From Candidatus Eiseniibacteriota bacterium (GTDB lineage Bacteria > Eisenbacteria > RBG-16-71-46 > CAIMUX01): 64,000 bases of DNA. The notes under the pieces were generated by a model, which had not been told where the DNA came from, did no database searches, and saw nothing but the letters and a program-made list of their open reading frames with translations. Position numbers and translations under genes: made by a program. Below are positions 63,465-64,000 of the stretch, in pieces. Within the stretch, counting starts at the first letter, position 1. Each line of letters opens with the position of its first letter. The DNA is taken from positions 9,074 to 73,073 of the forward strand of contig CAIMUX010000086.1 in the NCBI GenBank assembly GCA_903844735.1, read 5' to 3'.

Positions 63465-64000
63465 ATGTCCCTGACGCAGACCGCGCGGGAGCGCCGAGAT
63501 CGGCTTGTGTCGACGTCGCCCTTGACCCCCGCGTCTGTCAGCTCCCGGAGGCGCTTTCCCCGCCGGCAACAGGCGCTTCTGGCCCTGGCGGATGCCGGTC
63601 TGGCGGAGGCGTTCTTCCTCGTGGCATGGCAGCTTGCCGGCAGTGTCGGGGTACGCGTCGGGGTACAGGTCGGGGTCAATCCCATCGGAGGCCCAGTCCC
63701 CTGGCTCCTGGCGGTGTTGTTCCCCCTGATCGTAGCCAGCCGAGGACTCTACCGTCTGGGCCGCTTTCCCTCCTGGCGGGGGCAGGCGAAGGCCGGTTTG
63801 CGAGCCGTCGCCTGGTCGGCGGGTCTCAGCGTTGCGGCGCTCTTTCTCTTTGCCCGCGAGATCCCCTTCGCGCTGCGCCTCGTGCTCGTCTCCTACCACG
63901 CCATGCTGGCGGTTTGGATGGTGGTGTTGCGGCCGCTGCTCGCGGTGCTGTTGCGGCGACGGTACGTCTCGCGCGACGGCGGGCGGGAGCGGGTTCTCAT
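63465..64000 (+). CDS. 5'-partial gene: polyprenyl-phosphate sugar transferase-like (WbaP/EPS glycosylphosphotransferase) N-terminal membrane region; runs off the window
   Basis: Open frame from ATG 63465 to the window end, with no stop. Several hydrophobic segments 'LALADAGLAEAFFLVAWQLA', 'PWLLAVLFPLIVA', 'VAWSAGLSVAALFLFA', 'LVLVSYHAMLAVWMVVL' followed by 'RRYVSRDGGRERVL', like the N-terminus of bacterial sugar transferases before the 'RVLIVG' motif. Confidence 0.4.
   Translation, partial: MSLTQTARERRDRLVSTSPLTPASVSSRRRFPRRQQALLALADAGLAEAFFLVAWQLAGSVGVRVGVQVGVNPIGGPVPWLLAVLFPLIVASRGLYRLGRFPSWRGQAKAGLRAVAWSAGLSVAALFLFAREIPFALRLVLVSYHAMLAVWMVVLRPLLAVLLRRRYVSRDGGRERVL

Overview
This window is a 70% GC bacterial chromosomal segment dominated by a flagellar regulon. 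Gene order mirrors the Bacillus/Firmicutes-type fla/che and flgM-hag loci. First comes flgJ-(flgN?)-flgK-flgL-fliW-csrA-flagellin-fliS-fliD-(fliT?)-flgM. A regulatory block follows: a PilZ brake-like protein, two sensor-kinase/sigma-54 activator pairs, an orphan sigma region-4 protein, a degenerate CheB-like protein and an AMIN-TPR protein. Then come a reverse-strand secreted EEP nuclease/phosphatase with a T9SS-type C-terminal domain, a fused isobutyryl-CoA mutase (IcmF), and one long co-directional operon: flgB-flgC-fliE-fliF-G-H-I-J-ylxF-fliK-flgD-flgE-fliL-M-N-O-P-Q-R // flhB-flhA-flhF-flhG-fliA. Downstream are c-di-GMP and two-component genes and the start of a sugar-transferase gene. Several things stand out. 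(1) A ~4.4 kb insertion sits exactly at the normally tight fliR-flhB junction. It is flanked by a diverged ~260 bp duplicate of the fliR 3' end and carries a PqqD/RRE-like domain fused to a MEMO1-family domain, plus a secreted parallel beta-helix protein. I could not find an obvious precedent for this domain fusion. (2) FliK is giant (1432 aa), built from near-identical tandem repeats including an 18-nt microsatellite. (3) A short CCGAA-rich motif ending CTCCGAATCTCAG recurs upstream of three unrelated genes. (4) Three otherwise intact genes (fliW, the EEP gene, a REC-GAF-HK hybrid kinase) carry +/-1 frameshifts, two of them (EEP, hybrid kinase) clearly inside G/C runs. These look like homopolymer assembly errors or pseudogenisation. 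I found no rRNA, tRNA or CRISPR. All calls come from reading motifs in the six-frame translations by eye; no database searches were run.
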